Positions 32,622-43,642 are shown, numbered from the stretch's first letter. The stretch is DNA of 64,000 nt from Gammaproteobacteria bacterium (GCA_022614965.1 JAKEHO010000067.1:2489-66488), one strand, 5' to 3'. Notes: generated by a model not told the origin, from the sequence alone. Numbers and translations are program-made.

Positions 32622-34007
32622 ATGCCTAAACGCAGCAAGGTGGTTGAATTGCTGAATGCTCAAAGTCCGATTGATATCATCGCGGCTAAGGGGTGGGTCC
32701 GTACGCGACGGGACTCGAAAGACTTTTCCTTTATCGAACTCAATGACGGGTCATGCCTGACCAACATTCAAGTTATAGCAGACAGCATACTTACGAACTA
32801 CGACGCGATTAAAACCATCACGACAGGGTCGGCAATCTCCGTGGAAGGTAAGCTCGTTCGATCCCCTGGAAGCGGGCAACAGTGGGAGATCCAAGCGACA
32901 AACATCGACGTGATCGGGCACGCACCCGATTCGTATCCGTTACAGAAAAAGCGCCATTCAGATGAATTTCTGCGCACCATTGCTCATCTACGGCCACGTA
33001 CGAATAAATACGGCGCCCTGTTTCGAATTCGCTCGCAATTATCCTATGCCATTCATCGATTCTTTCAAGAAAGAGGGTTTTGGTATATCCATACCCCAAT
33101 CGTTACAGGTGCAGATTGTGAAGGCGCAGGCGAGATGTTCAGCGTCACCACACTGGATCTGAGCAACGTGCCCAAGAAAGACAGCCACGTCGACTACGCT
33201 CATGATTTCTTTGGCAAGGAGGCCAAGCTAACGGTATCGGGACAGCTCTCCGCCGAGATGCTGGCCCTTGCGCTAGGTGAGGTCTATACATTCGGGCCCA
33301 CATTCCGGGCAGAAAATTCGAATACGAGTCGTCACATCTCGGAGTTTTGGATGGTTGAACCGGAAATGGCGTTTTACGAGCTGAATGACGATATGGATAT
33401 TGCTGAGGAATTCGTGCGCTACCTGGCAACGTATGCGATCGAGGAATGCAGTGAAGATTTGGCGTTGTTTGCACGCTTCGTCGACAAGACCCTCATGAAT
33501 ACCCTAGAAAACATTGCGTCGAATGAATTTATCCGCCTTCCCTATACCGAGGCCATTGGCATTTTGGAAAATTCGGGTGGATCCTTCGAATTTGACGTCG
33601 CTTGGGGTAAAGACCTGCAGTCGGAACATGAACGCTATCTGACAGAATGTCATTTTAGGCGGCCCGTGATCGTCTATGACTATCCCAAGGATATCAAGGC
33701 CTTTTATATGAGGCTAAATGACGACGGAAAAACTGTAACAGCGATGGACGTGCTGGTCCCACGGGTTGGGGAAATCGTCGGCGGCAGCCAACGCGAAGAG
33801 CGCTACGATGTGCTTAAGGCGCGTATTGAGGAAATGGGATTGTCGGAGCAGGATTACTGGTGGTATCTCGATTCGCGGCGCTTTGGCAGCGCCCCGCACA
33901 GCGGCTTTGGTTTGGGTTTTGAACGCTTTCTCATGTTGATTACAGGCATCACCAATATCCGCGATGTGATCCCGTTCCCCCGCACACCCAAACACCTGGA
34001 GTTCTAG
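32622..34007 (+). CDS. asnS: asparagine--tRNA ligase
   Basis: GWVRTRR, LTVSGQL, FGPTFRAENSNTSRH, DLQSEHERYL, GGSQREER, IRDVIPFPR. Confidence 0.96.
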   Translation: MPKRSKVVELLNAQSPIDIIAAKGWVRTRRDSKDFSFIELNDGSCLTNIQVIADSILTNYDAIKTITTGSAISVEGKLVRSPGSGQQWEIQATNIDVIGHAPDSYPLQKKRHSDEFLRTIAHLRPRTNKYGALFRIRSQLSYAIHRFFQERGFWYIHTPIVTGADCEGAGEMFSVTTLDLSNVPKKDSHVDYAHDFFGKEAKLTVSGQLSAEMLALALGEVYTFGPTFRAENSNTSRHISEFWMVEPEMAFYELNDDMDIAEEFVRYLATYAIEECSEDLALFARFVDKTLMNTLENIASNEFIRLPYTEAIGILENSGGSFEFDVAWGKDLQSEHERYLTECHFRRPVIVYDYPKDIKAFYMRLNDDGKTVTAMDVLVPRVGEIVGGSQREERYDVLKARIEEMGLSEQDYWWYLDSRRFGSAPHSGFGLGFERFLMLITGITNIRDVIPFPRTPKHLEF

Positions 34008-34300
34008 AAATCTAATTATTGCCCAATGGGGCTTTACGTTCGCGCTCGGCTTCGCGCTTATTGAAAAGTTGAATGGGCGATACTCTGTGGTACAGAAAAG
34101 AATTGAATTGCCAGTAAGCTGCGAAGCGCGAATCGGTGATACCTGATTGTGCTTTCCATGATGCCTGCGCAACGGCGCTCGTTCTCACTTTGCCTGAAAT
34201 AAATCGCTTACTGGAGAAAGGAATGACTGCGCCAGAAGTCCAAGGACCGCGGATACCTACGCGTCACCAGAGGGCGACTCATGTATAGTAACTGAAAAAC

Positions 34301-37300
34301 TCATAACCCACCAAGTTCTGCCGCAATGTTTTTGCTCGGCGCGAACCCACGACGCAACGTGTTCTCCGTAACGGTGTGTGGCGTGACAAACTGCAGAAGA
34401 TAATCCGGGCCCCCGGCCTTACCACCTGTACCACTGAGTTTAAAGCCGCCAAAGGGCTGCCGACCGACGAGCGCGCCGGTAATCTGTCGGTTGATATAGA
34501 GGTTTCCCACTTGAAATTCCTTATAGGCCTTTGCAATGTTGGCTGGGCTGCGCGAGTAGACTCCCCCAGTCAACGCATAGCGCGTGGAGTTGGCGATCTC
34601 TAGTGCCTTATCAAAATCCTCGGCATGCATTACAGCGAGAACAGGTCCGAAGATCTCTTCCTGAGCAAGCGGAGAATCGACAGGCACATGACTGAAGATC
34701 GTCGGACCGATGAAAAATCCCGGACCTTTATCCGAGCAATCTATCTCTAGCGCAATATCTGTGGTCTCGCGCCCCAAAGCAATGGCTTGGCGAATTCGCT
34801 CGAAGGCGACTGCCCCAATGACAGGGCCCACACCCACTTCTGGGTCCTCTGGCACTCCGATCTTTAGGCTACGCGTTGCCTCAACCAAGCGATGCAGAAA
34901 GAGATCATAGTGGCGACCAACCACAATGACCCTGGACGCTGCACTGCACTTTTGGCCCTGGTACCCAAATGCCGAGTGCACGGTCCCTAGGACTGCATCG
35001 TCAAGATCCGCATCACTGTCCACGATAATTGCATTCTTCCCGCCCATTTCCGCAATGACACGTTTAATGTGATCCTGTCCATGCGAAATCTCAGATGCCA
35101 ATCTCATGATCCGGGTGCCTACCTCCATTGACCCAGTAAATGCGATGAACTGAACACGCGGATTTTTCACCAGATACTCTCCAAGGCCGCTACCTGTTCC
35201 CGGAACGAATTGCACCACCCCACTGGGCAGTTCGACCTCGCGCAACAGTTCCATAAACTTGGCGGCGATGACCGGCGTCTGCGAAGAAGGCTTTAATATT
35301 ACAGTGTTACCGGTGACGATGGCGCCGGAAAGCATGCCGGTCAGGATCGCAAGCGGAAAATTCCAGGGTGGGATGATTAACCCAACGCCGCGCGGGCGAT
35401 AGATCAAGGCATTGGTTTCACCCGGAACTGCTTTTGCACCGATTACGCCGAGCCGCATCGCTTCACGACCATAGTACTCAAGAAAATCGATGGCCTCGGT
35501 TACATTGGCGTCTGCCTCACCCCACGTTTTGCCAGCCTCGAAGATCTCCCATGCAGCGAACTCATCACGGCGCTCTCTAAGCAGCTGAGCTGTACTAAAC
35601 AAATAGTCTGCCCTCGCTTCCATCGATAATGCGGCCCAGTCGTTAAATGCCTCCGTGGCCCCCACAATCGCACGGTCTGCATGTGGCGGCTCCGCTGCAG
35701 CAACGCGCCCCACAATATCGTTCGGGTTCGCGGGATTAATGGAAACCGTGTATTCCTTGGTATCAACGGATTGTCCGTTGATAATGAGTGGATAGCTCGA
35801 ACCCAAGTTGCTCCTCACCTCGTCGATTGCGTGTTGAAAATGTTCCCTCTCGGACGGATCGGTAAATCGGTGTACGGATTCATTGATAAACTCTGTTACC
35901 TTCGGTCTTCCTGTTTCATCACGCTTGTCGGTGTATTTGATTGCCGGGGTTGTGGCTGATGGCTCCGGATGAAATGCAGACTCTTCGCTGAGGGCCGCAG
36001 ACTGAAATTGCGCATGGGGAGGTGCGAGCAATTGTGCTGGAGGGAGATCCTTTAAGAGACTCATACGCTGAAAGGACTGACTGGAGGAATTCTCTAACAG
36101 TCTTCGCACCAGATACGCCATGCCGGGAATAAGCTCTCCATAGGGCAGATACACTCGCAGCCGATAGCCCATCGCCGGTATAACATCCTCCAGCGACTTT
36201 GCCATACCATAAAGCATCTGAAACTCAAATTGCTCCGGTGATAATCCGTATTCACCTGCCAGGATCATGGCCAAGGCGAGGCTTCTCACGTTGTGCGTTG
36301 CGATCGCCGCCTCGATATATGGGTAATTTTCGAAAAGCCTCTGCACGCAGCGCTCATAGCAGGCATCTGTACGCCACTTTTCGGGCCATGTTGGCAGAGG
36401 CCAACCGCTTTGGCGGGCCACAACCGTCTCATAGTCCCAATAGGCGCCGCGAACCAATCTTACGGTAACGGGTGTCTTGCGTGTCTTGGCCCAATCAATT
36501 AACTCACTCAGATCGCGTTCCGTATCCAGAAGGTAGGTCTGCAACGCAATTCCAGCACCGGGCCACTCACGCAGTTCCGGCTCCATTAAGAGCTGACGGA
36601 AACATGCCAGAGTCACGTTCTTGAGATCGTATTGTTCCATGTCCAAAAAGACGAATGCTCCGTTGCGTTGGGCTGCCAGAAGGATAGGTCGCAACCGAGA
36701 TGATATCCCCTTGATAGTGGAATCCGGATCAAGGCGATTAATTTGCGAATAAAGAGAAGAAACCTTTAACGACACGTTCAATCGCGGAACCTGCCGCCCG
36801 CCGGCCCTGTCAAGCAAAGGATTTGGTGCCCATTCTTCTAATTGCCGCGGCGCACAGTGTAAAAGTTGCTGATAGTGTGTTTTGTATAGCTCACCCTCCT
36901 CTTCGCTAACGGTAGCTTCTCCCAACAGATCCAGGCTAAAACCGATTCCTCTCAAACGAAGTTCTTTGGCTACAGCAAGGGCTTCATCTGCATTGGCACC
37001 TCCCATAAAGCGGCGCGCAAGTTTTTCAATTGCGCTACGTACCGCCTTTGCGACCAGCTTGTCACTCGGCCTAGTCCGAATATGACGCAACCCCAGCCTT
37101 ACAAGGCCCGTTAAAGGCACTTCATCATCACTAAAATATTCCTGTAAATGACGAACGAGATCGGCATCATCATCGAGCGTCGGTAGTACATCAACAAAAC
37201 GCAATGCCTGCACACGAAACTTTTCATTCTCCATGATTCGTTGCATGAACCGGTCCAGCCAACGATGTTCAGACTTTGCCGCCTTAGCGTTTTTCCGCGC

Positions 37301-37375
37301 CTGCGCGAGCAGTCGCCGTCCAAGTTCGCCAACGCGCTTGTCGATTTCCGGATCAATGCTCAGGAGCGTTGCCAT
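34301..37375 (-). CDS. putA: bifunctional proline dehydrogenase / glutamate-5-semialdehyde dehydrogenase without N-terminal DNA-binding domain
   Basis: DLLGE, DME, RLVRGAYWD, ATHN, EFQMLYGM, YLVRRLLEN; ALDH motifs PWNFP, EMGGKN, GQKCSA, EEIFGP. Confidence 0.95.
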   Translation of the reverse strand: MATLLSIDPEIDKRVGELGRRLLAQARKNAKAAKSEHRWLDRFMQRIMENEKFRVQALRFVDVLPTLDDDADLVRHLQEYFSDDEVPLTGLVRLGLRHIRTRPSDKLVAKAVRSAIEKLARRFMGGANADEALAVAKELRLRGIGFSLDLLGEATVSEEEGELYKTHYQQLLHCAPRQLEEWAPNPLLDRAGGRQVPRLNVSLKVSSLYSQINRLDPDSTIKGISSRLRPILLAAQRNGAFVFLDMEQYDLKNVTLACFRQLLMEPELREWPGAGIALQTYLLDTERDLSELIDWAKTRKTPVTVRLVRGAYWDYETVVARQSGWPLPTWPEKWRTDACYERCVQRLFENYPYIEAAIATHNVRSLALAMILAGEYGLSPEQFEFQMLYGMAKSLEDVIPAMGYRLRVYLPYGELIPGMAYLVRRLLENSSSQSFQRMSLLKDLPPAQLLAPPHAQFQSAALSEESAFHPEPSATTPAIKYTDKRDETGRPKVTEFINESVHRFTDPSEREHFQHAIDEVRSNLGSSYPLIINGQSVDTKEYTVSINPANPNDIVGRVAAAEPPHADRAIVGATEAFNDWAALSMEARADYLFSTAQLLRERRDEFAAWEIFEAGKTWGEADANVTEAIDFLEYYGREAMRLGVIGAKAVPGETNALIYRPRGVGLIIPPWNFPLAILTGMLSGAIVTGNTVILKPSSQTPVIAAKFMELLREVELPSGVVQFVPGTGSGLGEYLVKNPRVQFIAFTGSMEVGTRIMRLASEISHGQDHIKRVIAEMGGKNAIIVDSDADLDDAVLGTVHSAFGYQGQKCSAASRVIVVGRHYDLFLHRLVEATRSLKIGVPEDPEVGVGPVIGAVAFERIRQAIALGRETTDIALEIDCSDKGPGFFIGPTIFSHVPVDSPLAQEEIFGPVLAVMHAEDFDKALEIANSTRYALTGGVYSRSPANIAKAYKEFQVGNLYINRQITGALVGRQPFGGFKLSGTGGKAGGPDYLLQFVTPHTVTENTLRRGFAPSKNIAAELGGL

Positions 37376-37441
37376 AACACAGTGACTAACCGTAGGAGAG
37401 TACCTAGTAAATCTTAGTACATGGGTAACAAAGATAGGCAA

Positions 37442-37463
37442 AGGAGTGCACATACTCACTCCT
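37442..37463 (-). terminator. hairpin between yoaA and putA (weak terminator or RBS-sequestering stem)
   Basis: AGGAGTG-N8-CACTCCT; on the minus strand it is followed by TT and it contains AGGAG plus an in-frame upstream putA ATG (37453). Confidence 0.4.
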
Positions 37464-37503
37464 GTCGGGTTGATTCGCTGGTAAGTAATCTAGTCCCAAT
37501 TCA

Positions 37504-39441
37504 TTAAACCTTGGCTCTGAGTTTGCCGCTTTCATTCTCTGAGAAAAAGCTCCGAACGTCTGAGAGACTGCGCGTGTATGGCATTGGAGGGATCCCTTCA
37601 AGAAACGCCCGTCCATATTTCCTTGTAAAGAGACGGGGATCGCACAACACCAGCACGCCACGATCGTGTACATCTCGAATGAGTCGGCCTGCCCCCTGTT
37701 TCAAGGCGATCACCGCCTGGGGCAACTGATACTCCAAAAAGGGATCGCGACCCTCAGCTTGCATTTTACTTATCCGCGCCTGTAAGACAGGATCGTCGGG
37801 GGAGGCAAATGGCAACTTATCGATGATAACGCAGGAAAGCGTCTTGCCTCTGACGTCAACGCCTTCCCAAAAACTACTAGTGCCGAGTAAGATACTGTTA
37901 CTTTGCTCGCGGAAGCGGCGAAGCAACTCAGAGCGGGGTGCCTCACCCTGCACAATAAGCGGAAACTCGATCCGTCCCTCAAGCAACACCCGGCCCTCAC
38001 TCAACGCACGGTGACTTGTAAACAGCAAAAACGCCCGGCCACGACTCGCCTCAAGCACCGGTAATGCCGCGCTGATCACAGCCTCCGTATAGCCCGGAGC
38101 CCCGGGATCTGGCATAACTGCTGGGATATATAGCAAGGCCTGAGTTCGATAATCGTAGGGGCTATCCCAGCGCCGTTTCTCAGCGTCTATGAGGCCCAGT
38201 TGGTTGGCGAAGTACCTGAAGTCACTACCCACCGCGAGCGTAGCCGAGGTGAAGATCCAGGCGCACTGATAGGCACTAAGATAGGACCGAAAGGATTCGG
38301 AGATATCCATCGGCGTTTGATGCAAACGAAAACCGCGGCCCCGCGTCTCATACCACTGAACATCATCACCCTCGTGCGCGTTTGCGAAGACGGCAAGACG
38401 CGCCAAAAGCAGCGCGCACCGCCGGAAACAGCTGTCGAGGGATTTGCCCCGCTCGGCGAGCGGCTTCAGGTCGACCTGCAAACGCACAAGCGATCCTACA
38501 ACCATTGCCAACGCCTCCCTGACAGCACGTTCCAGAACCGCCTGCTGCCAGGGTGCTCGCTGACTTTCCTCACCAAGAGCAAGACGTAAGTCGCCCACCG
38601 CCCTTTCCACGGCGTTACATGTCGCGATGAACGTCGGGACATCACCGGCCTCCTGCCAGAATGCGGCGGTGGTGTCCTGCAGCAAGTCAGTCAGTTGGCG
38701 ACTGGAGAGGGAGATCCCAAAAAACCCAGATGCCACTTCAGGTAGCTGGTGTGCTTCATCAAATATCACTGCGTCCGCACCCGGCAGAACTTCGCCAAAC
38801 CCTTCCTCACGCAGAGCCATGTCTGCGAGAAACAGATGATGGTTCACTACCAGGATATTTGCCTCATTCGCCTCGCGTCGAGCTCTGACGACATAACAGT
38901 CATTGAATAACGGGCATTCTTGGCCAAGGCAATTATCAGCCGTGGATGTTACGTAAGGCCAGACGGGCGCACCTTCAGAGATACTCGCGAGCTCTGTGAG
39001 ATCGCCCGTTTGGCTGCGCCCCACCCATTCTTTAATACGGCGCAGGTCGATGTTCACATCGTCAGGCAGGAAACCTGCACGTGCCTCCGCCTGGCCGAGG
39101 CGGTGCAGGCAGAGATAATTTGAGCGTCCCTTAAGCAAGGCCGCGCGTAAGGACAGCGCCAAGGCCTTGCGGACGACTGGCAGGTCGCGATGAAACAGTT
39201 GATCCTGAAGATGCTTCGTCCCAGTGGAGACGATGATTTTCTTGCCAGACATGAGCGCTGGAACAAGATAAGCAAAGGTCTTCCCCGTACCTGAGCCGGC
39301 CTCACAGATAAGCGTCCCGCGCTGATTCAGAGTTCGGGCGATGGCCTCTGCCATCTCCTTCTGCTGGCTGCGCGCAGAAAATCCCTCGACGAGTTGCATT
39401 AAGGGGCCGCGCGCGGACAGAATTTGAGAAGGGGTTAGCAT
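37504..39441 (-). CDS. yoaA: YoaA/DinG-family Fe-S DNA helicase
   Basis: EAGSGTGKT, KGRSNYLC, C.G..CP....C, FDEAH, SATL, FWEGVD, KQGAGRLIR. Confidence 0.92.
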   Translation of the reverse strand: MLTPSQILSARGPLMQLVEGFSARSQQKEMAEAIARTLNQRGTLICEAGSGTGKTFAYLVPALMSGKKIIVSTGTKHLQDQLFHRDLPVVRKALALSLRAALLKGRSNYLCLHRLGQAEARAGFLPDDVNIDLRRIKEWVGRSQTGDLTELASISEGAPVWPYVTSTADNCLGQECPLFNDCYVVRARREANEANILVVNHHLFLADMALREEGFGEVLPGADAVIFDEAHQLPEVASGFFGISLSSRQLTDLLQDTTAAFWQEAGDVPTFIATCNAVERAVGDLRLALGEESQRAPWQQAVLERAVREALAMVVGSLVRLQVDLKPLAERGKSLDSCFRRCALLLARLAVFANAHEGDDVQWYETRGRGFRLHQTPMDISESFRSYLSAYQCAWIFTSATLAVGSDFRYFANQLGLIDAEKRRWDSPYDYRTQALLYIPAVMPDPGAPGYTEAVISAALPVLEASRGRAFLLFTSHRALSEGRVLLEGRIEFPLIVQGEAPRSELLRRFREQSNSILLGTSSFWEGVDVRGKTLSCVIIDKLPFASPDDPVLQARISKMQAEGRDPFLEYQLPQAVIALKQGAGRLIRDVHDRGVLVLCDPRLFTRKYGRAFLEGIPPMPYTRSLSDVRSFFSENESGKLRAKV

Positions 39442-39686
39442 GTACAGCCCGTTGAGGGAAAAGCGGCGATCAAGGATCGCCATGCTATTGTAATCGGTTT
39501 TGCCGCCAATTTACCGATATCAAGCAATCTTAAGCCACAACCGCTGTGTTCGTGGATCATGCCGGGCGCACCGACGATCTCAAGAGACGGGCTATACCAA
39601 GTGCCTGGTTAGCGTTTCCCAAGAAATTCAAATATCTTTGATTAACAATTAGGCGAGGGCACCAGAGGTTATTAGGAATAGACGTT

Positions 39687-40777
39687 ATGAGGTTAATGGC
39701 CAAGCTGCGTGCCCTAGGGATCAACATGTTGGTCCTCTGCGCAAGCATGGCCTTTACACTCCTTGTGCTCGAGGTGCTCGAGGGGTTGGTCCGCATATTG
39801 CGGCTTGACGCCGCTTCCAAGGATCCTATCAACAGCTTCTGTGAATACAATGAATATCTCGGCTGGAAGCTCATCCCAAACACGCGCACGATCTTCAAGG
39901 GAAAACACCACTTTGAGGTAGACGAAACCAGCCAACAAGGTCTGCGCGATTGCTATTACCCCGCAGCGCGCGAACCTGGGCGCCACCGGATCCTGGTCCT
40001 TGGAGATCCGTTCGCCTGGTATTGGGGCGTCGCGCAGAATGAGTGCTTCACAGAGAGCATTGAGCGGCGGCTTGCGGACACCGACGTCATCAACACAAGT
40101 GTGCCAGGCTATTCAACTCAACGGCCCAAGAGCTGCTCTATTACGAACGGGAAGGAGTCCAGTTCAAACCGGATTTGGTATTGCTGCTCTTCATCGGGAA
40201 TGACCCTTGGGAAAATCTAGGTTGGCAAAATCAGCGCCCCCTGTTCGCGCTGCAGCGCGGCGAGCTGGTTTTGACAAACCATCCCGTAGCGCGTTGGCAA
40301 AGCCACTTGAAGGGGTGGTTGGTTAAATACTCGAAGCTGTACGCGCAGGTGGCTTATGCCTGGCAAGCCGGCCCACATCGTCTGCGCCGAGCGTGGCGTC
40401 AGGGCGCAGCAAAAAGGCAAGAGACAAAAGTCGATGTCACGTTGTCCGGCTCATGGGAGGCCGACATGTGGACCCTCACCGCGGCGGTTTTGGGACGCCT
40501 TCGAGAACTTGTCAGACGAGACGGGGCACAGTTCGTTATCGCGCTGATGGATACAGATGTGCCCACCAAGCGGGCGCTGATCGACCATTGTAAATCACAC
40601 CATATTCCCTGCATCGATATCGCTGCTGATCTGGAAAAGTCGGGATCCTCAAATACAGCGATCCGTTTACCCGATGATCCTCACCTCTCGCAAGCCGGAC
40701 AAGCCATCGTCGCTGAAGCCACCTTGAATTTTCTGCAGAACAGCATGGGATGGCCGGTACTTAAGGCGGAGAAATAG
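39687..40777 (+). pseudogene. frameshifted membrane-anchored SGNH/GDSL-hydrolase-like gene
   Basis: TCAAC duplicated at 40113-40122; removing one copy joins the two ORFs (GYSTAQELLYYEREG..KPDLVLLLFIGND...DPHL); block-I reads GDP instead of GDS. Confidence 0.82.
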
Positions 40778-40921
40778 TGACATCCGCCATAGCGAGTGCA
40801 AAGACAGAACCCCCCAAAATAAGAAGACCGGTAATTGCAGACGAGAATCTTTTTTCATGGATTTTGCGGTCAGCGTTGGACCAAGATGGGTCGTCTTTAA
40901 CCACGACAGCAACGCCTTGAG

Positions 40922-41917
40922 TCAGGCTTGCGCCACCGGGAACGTCAGTACATCGGCAATATCACTGACACCGGCTTGTAGCATAAGCATCCGGTCGAAG
41001 CCCAAAGCGACACCGGCGCAGGGAGGAAGACCGCTTTCAAGTGCCGATAAGAAGCGCTGATCCCGGGGCGCCATGTCTGCACCACGTTGGCGTCGCGTCT
41101 CCTCGGCTTGGCTGAACCGCCGCCTGTGCTCAATGGGGTCGGTGAGCTCAGCGGAACCATTCGCGATTTCAATCCCACGCATAAACAGTTCGAAGCGCTC
41201 GGATACTACCGGTTCACGCGGCGAAATATTGGCGAGTGTGGCCTGACTCGCTGGATATTCGTAGATGAACGTCGCACAATCCCCGCCTAGCTTTGGCGCA
41301 ACGTGATGGGCAAGTATGAAGTCGAGGAACACATCCCTTTGTTCCTGAACGGCGCTCTTAATCTCGAACCCACAGGCAGAAGCATAGTTTCGCAACTCGA
41401 CAAGCGATGCGCGGTAGGGGTCGACGCCCGCGTAGCGTTTAAAGGCCTGCGCATAGGTGAGACGTTCCGATGGCGGGGTATCTGCGAGATGCCTTATCAG
41501 CGCCTCAACCTCGTCCATGAGTTCCAGGTAACCGATCTTTGGACGGTACCACTCCAATAAAGTGAATTCAGGATTGTGTAAGCGCCCTTCTTCGCCATCC
41601 CTGAAAACCTTGGTGATTTGATAGATTGGACCAGCGCCCGCGGCAAGCAATCGTTTCATTGCGTATTCAGGGGATGTATGCAGATACAGCGAAATGCCAA
41701 CCCCATAGTCCGGGGGCGTATAGTGCGTCCGGAGACTATCGACGTTCGGATCACTCGACGCCGCATGACTGAGAATGGGCGTTTCGACCTCCATCACCCC
41801 GCGTGCTTTAAAAAAAGCGCGTACCTTTGCGAGCATCTCGGCGCGCAGCGCTAATATTTCCAGTGACATCCGTGGACGCCATTCCCATGCGAGCCCTTTT
41901 TCTATTTGCGCGCTCAA
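40922..41917 (-). CDS. epmA: EF-P lysine beta-lysylase EpmA
   Basis: EVETP, YLHTSPEYAMKRLLA, FRDGEEGRLHNPEFTLLEWY, GVALGFDR; adjacent to efp. Confidence 0.95.
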   Translation of the reverse strand: MSAQIEKGLAWEWRPRMSLEILALRAEMLAKVRAFFKARGVMEVETPILSHAASSDPNVDSLRTHYTPPDYGVGISLYLHTSPEYAMKRLLAAGAGPIYQITKVFRDGEEGRLHNPEFTLLEWYRPKIGYLELMDEVEALIRHLADTPPSERLTYAQAFKRYAGVDPYRASLVELRNYASACGFEIKSAVQEQRDVFLDFILAHHVAPKLGGDCATFIYEYPASQATLANISPREPVVSERFELFMRGIEIANGSAELTDPIEHRRRFSQAEETRRQRGADMAPRDQRFLSALESGLPPCAGVALGFDRMLMLQAGVSDIADVLTFPVAQA

Positions 41918-42002
41918 AATATTGCTGAAGATACAACGCGATTAACGCGGATGACAGCGTATGAACGTGGCATTATCCGTATTTTCATAACGGCAGTGCG
42001 TG

Positions 42003-42578
42003 TCATACCGAGTCTTTTGCGCGAGCGACGTACTCCCCCGTACGCGAATCGATCTTGATCACATCACCTACCTGAACAAAGAACGGGACCTTTACGACTG
42101 CACCGGTTTCTAGAGTCGCAGGCTTGCTGCCACCGCTCGATGTGTCGCCCCGAACACCGGGATCCGTAGCGCTGACGGCCAATGTCACAAACGTAGGAGG
42201 TGATACCGACAGCAGCCGGCCATTCCAAAGCGTCACCATGCACATCTCCTGACCTTTTAGCCATTTTGCTGCCTCACCGACGGCATTGCGATCCCCTGAA
42301 TGCTGGTCATAGGATGCTGAGTCCATGAAATGCCACATTTCGCCATCGTTATACAGATACTGCATTTCCACATCGACGACATCAGCTCCTTTCACAGCTT
42401 CCCCTGATCTGAAAGTCTTCTCCATAATACGACCCGTTTTCAAATTCCGCAGCTTGACCCTATTGAAAGCCTGCCCTTTCCCCGGTTTTACGAATTCGTT
42501 CTCCAAGATAGTACATGGATCGCCATCGATGATTAGTTTCAGCCCACTCTTGAATTCATTAGTGCTGTATGTCGTCAT
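42003..42578 (-). CDS. efp: elongation factor P (Lys34 PGKG type)
   Basis: [25 protein letters not shown]. Confidence 0.97.
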   Translation of the reverse strand: MTTYSTNEFKSGLKLIIDGDPCTILENEFVKPGKGQAFNRVKLRNLKTGRIMEKTFRSGEAVKGADVVDVEMQYLYNDGEMWHFMDSASYDQHSGDRNAVGEAAKWLKGQEMCMVTLWNGRLLSVSPPTFVTLAVSATDPGVRGDTSSGGSKPATLETGAVVKVPFFVQVGDVIKIDSRTGEYVARAKDSV

Positions 42579-42619
42579 ATTATATTCTTTCCCTAGTGTC
42601 CCAAGCGACAAAGGTTTTT

Positions 42620-43642
42620 ATGATAACGCGAATACAAGCCCCTATGCAGTCTGGCAAATGGCAAGCGGAACTGCGACAGGCAATTTCAGACCCAAAGGAA
42701 CTGTTGACAATCCTAGGTCTTTCCCCGCAGCAGCTCCGTCTATCAGATAGAACTAGACGAGAATTTCCATTAAGAGTGCCACGCAGCTATGTGGCCCGTA
42801 TGCGTAAGGGGGATCCCAAAGATCCCTTGTTACGCCAGGTATTGCCCATTATGAGTGAGGAGGTCGAGGCTGCGAAATTTGTTCAGGACCCTGTTGCAGA
42901 ACTGTCTGCCCAGCCGGTTCCCGGCGTCTTGCACAAATACTATGGACGGGCATTGCTCGTGACTACCGGCGCATGTGCTATTCACTGTCGTTACTGTTTT
43001 CGCCGCCATTTTCCCTACGCAACGTCGAACGCAGCGGCCGGCAAGTGGCACCTAGCGCTCAAATATCTTCGAAATGACCGGTCGATCAAAGAGGTCATCT
43101 TGAGCGGCGGCGACCCTTTATCTCTGTCCGATACACGCCTTGCAGATCTCGTGACCCAGATCGCCAAGATCGATCATATCACGCGGCTTAGAATTCACAC
43201 CCGACTACCCATCGTGCTGCCTGAACGAGTCGATAGATCCTTACTTCAATGGCTGTGCGCGACACGCCTTAAACCCATCGTCGTCCTGCATGCAAACCAT
43301 GCCAATGAGTTAAACGAGGCAGTAACAAAGGCAATTACACAGTTTCGAAAGCGCGGTGTCACCTTGCTAAATCAGACTGTATTGTTGCGCGAAGTCAACG
43401 ACAGTGTCGAGGCATTGGTGGATCTCAGCGAATCCTTATTTGATATTGGCGTATTGCCCTATTACCTCCACCTACTTGACCCGGTACGAGGGGCGGCACA
43501 TTTCGACGTGGAACATGCTACGGCGCTTTTTCTAATTGATGGTGTGCGCGAACGCCTCCCTGGATACCTCGTACCACGACTCGTGCGCGAGTGTCCAGGT
43601 GAGCGCTACAAGATACCCGCCGAACTTTTGGGCACCGCTTAA
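42620..43642 (+). CDS. epmB: EF-P beta-lysylation lysine 2,3-aminomutase EpmB
   Basis: [37 protein letters not shown]; divergent from efp. Confidence 0.95.
   Translation: MITRIQAPMQSGKWQAELRQAISDPKELLTILGLSPQQLRLSDRTRREFPLRVPRSYVARMRKGDPKDPLLRQVLPIMSEEVEAAKFVQDPVAELSAQPVPGVLHKYYGRALLVTTGACAIHCRYCFRRHFPYATSNAAAGKWHLALKYLRNDRSIKEVILSGGDPLSLSDTRLADLVTQIAKIDHITRLRIHTRLPIVLPERVDRSLLQWLCATRLKPIVVLHANHANELNEAVTKAITQFRKRGVTLLNQTVLLREVNDSVEALVDLSESLFDIGVLPYYLHLLDPVRGAAHFDVEHATALFLIDGVRERLPGYLVPRLVRECPGERYKIPAELLGTA

Noticed and set aside
34010-34300. Possible short minus-strand ORF or ncRNA between asnS and putA
   Set aside because: No RBS, motif or convincing structure
40922-43642. EF-P modification cluster lacking epmC
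   Set aside because: efp-epmA-epmB without epmC is common outside Enterobacterales and relatives
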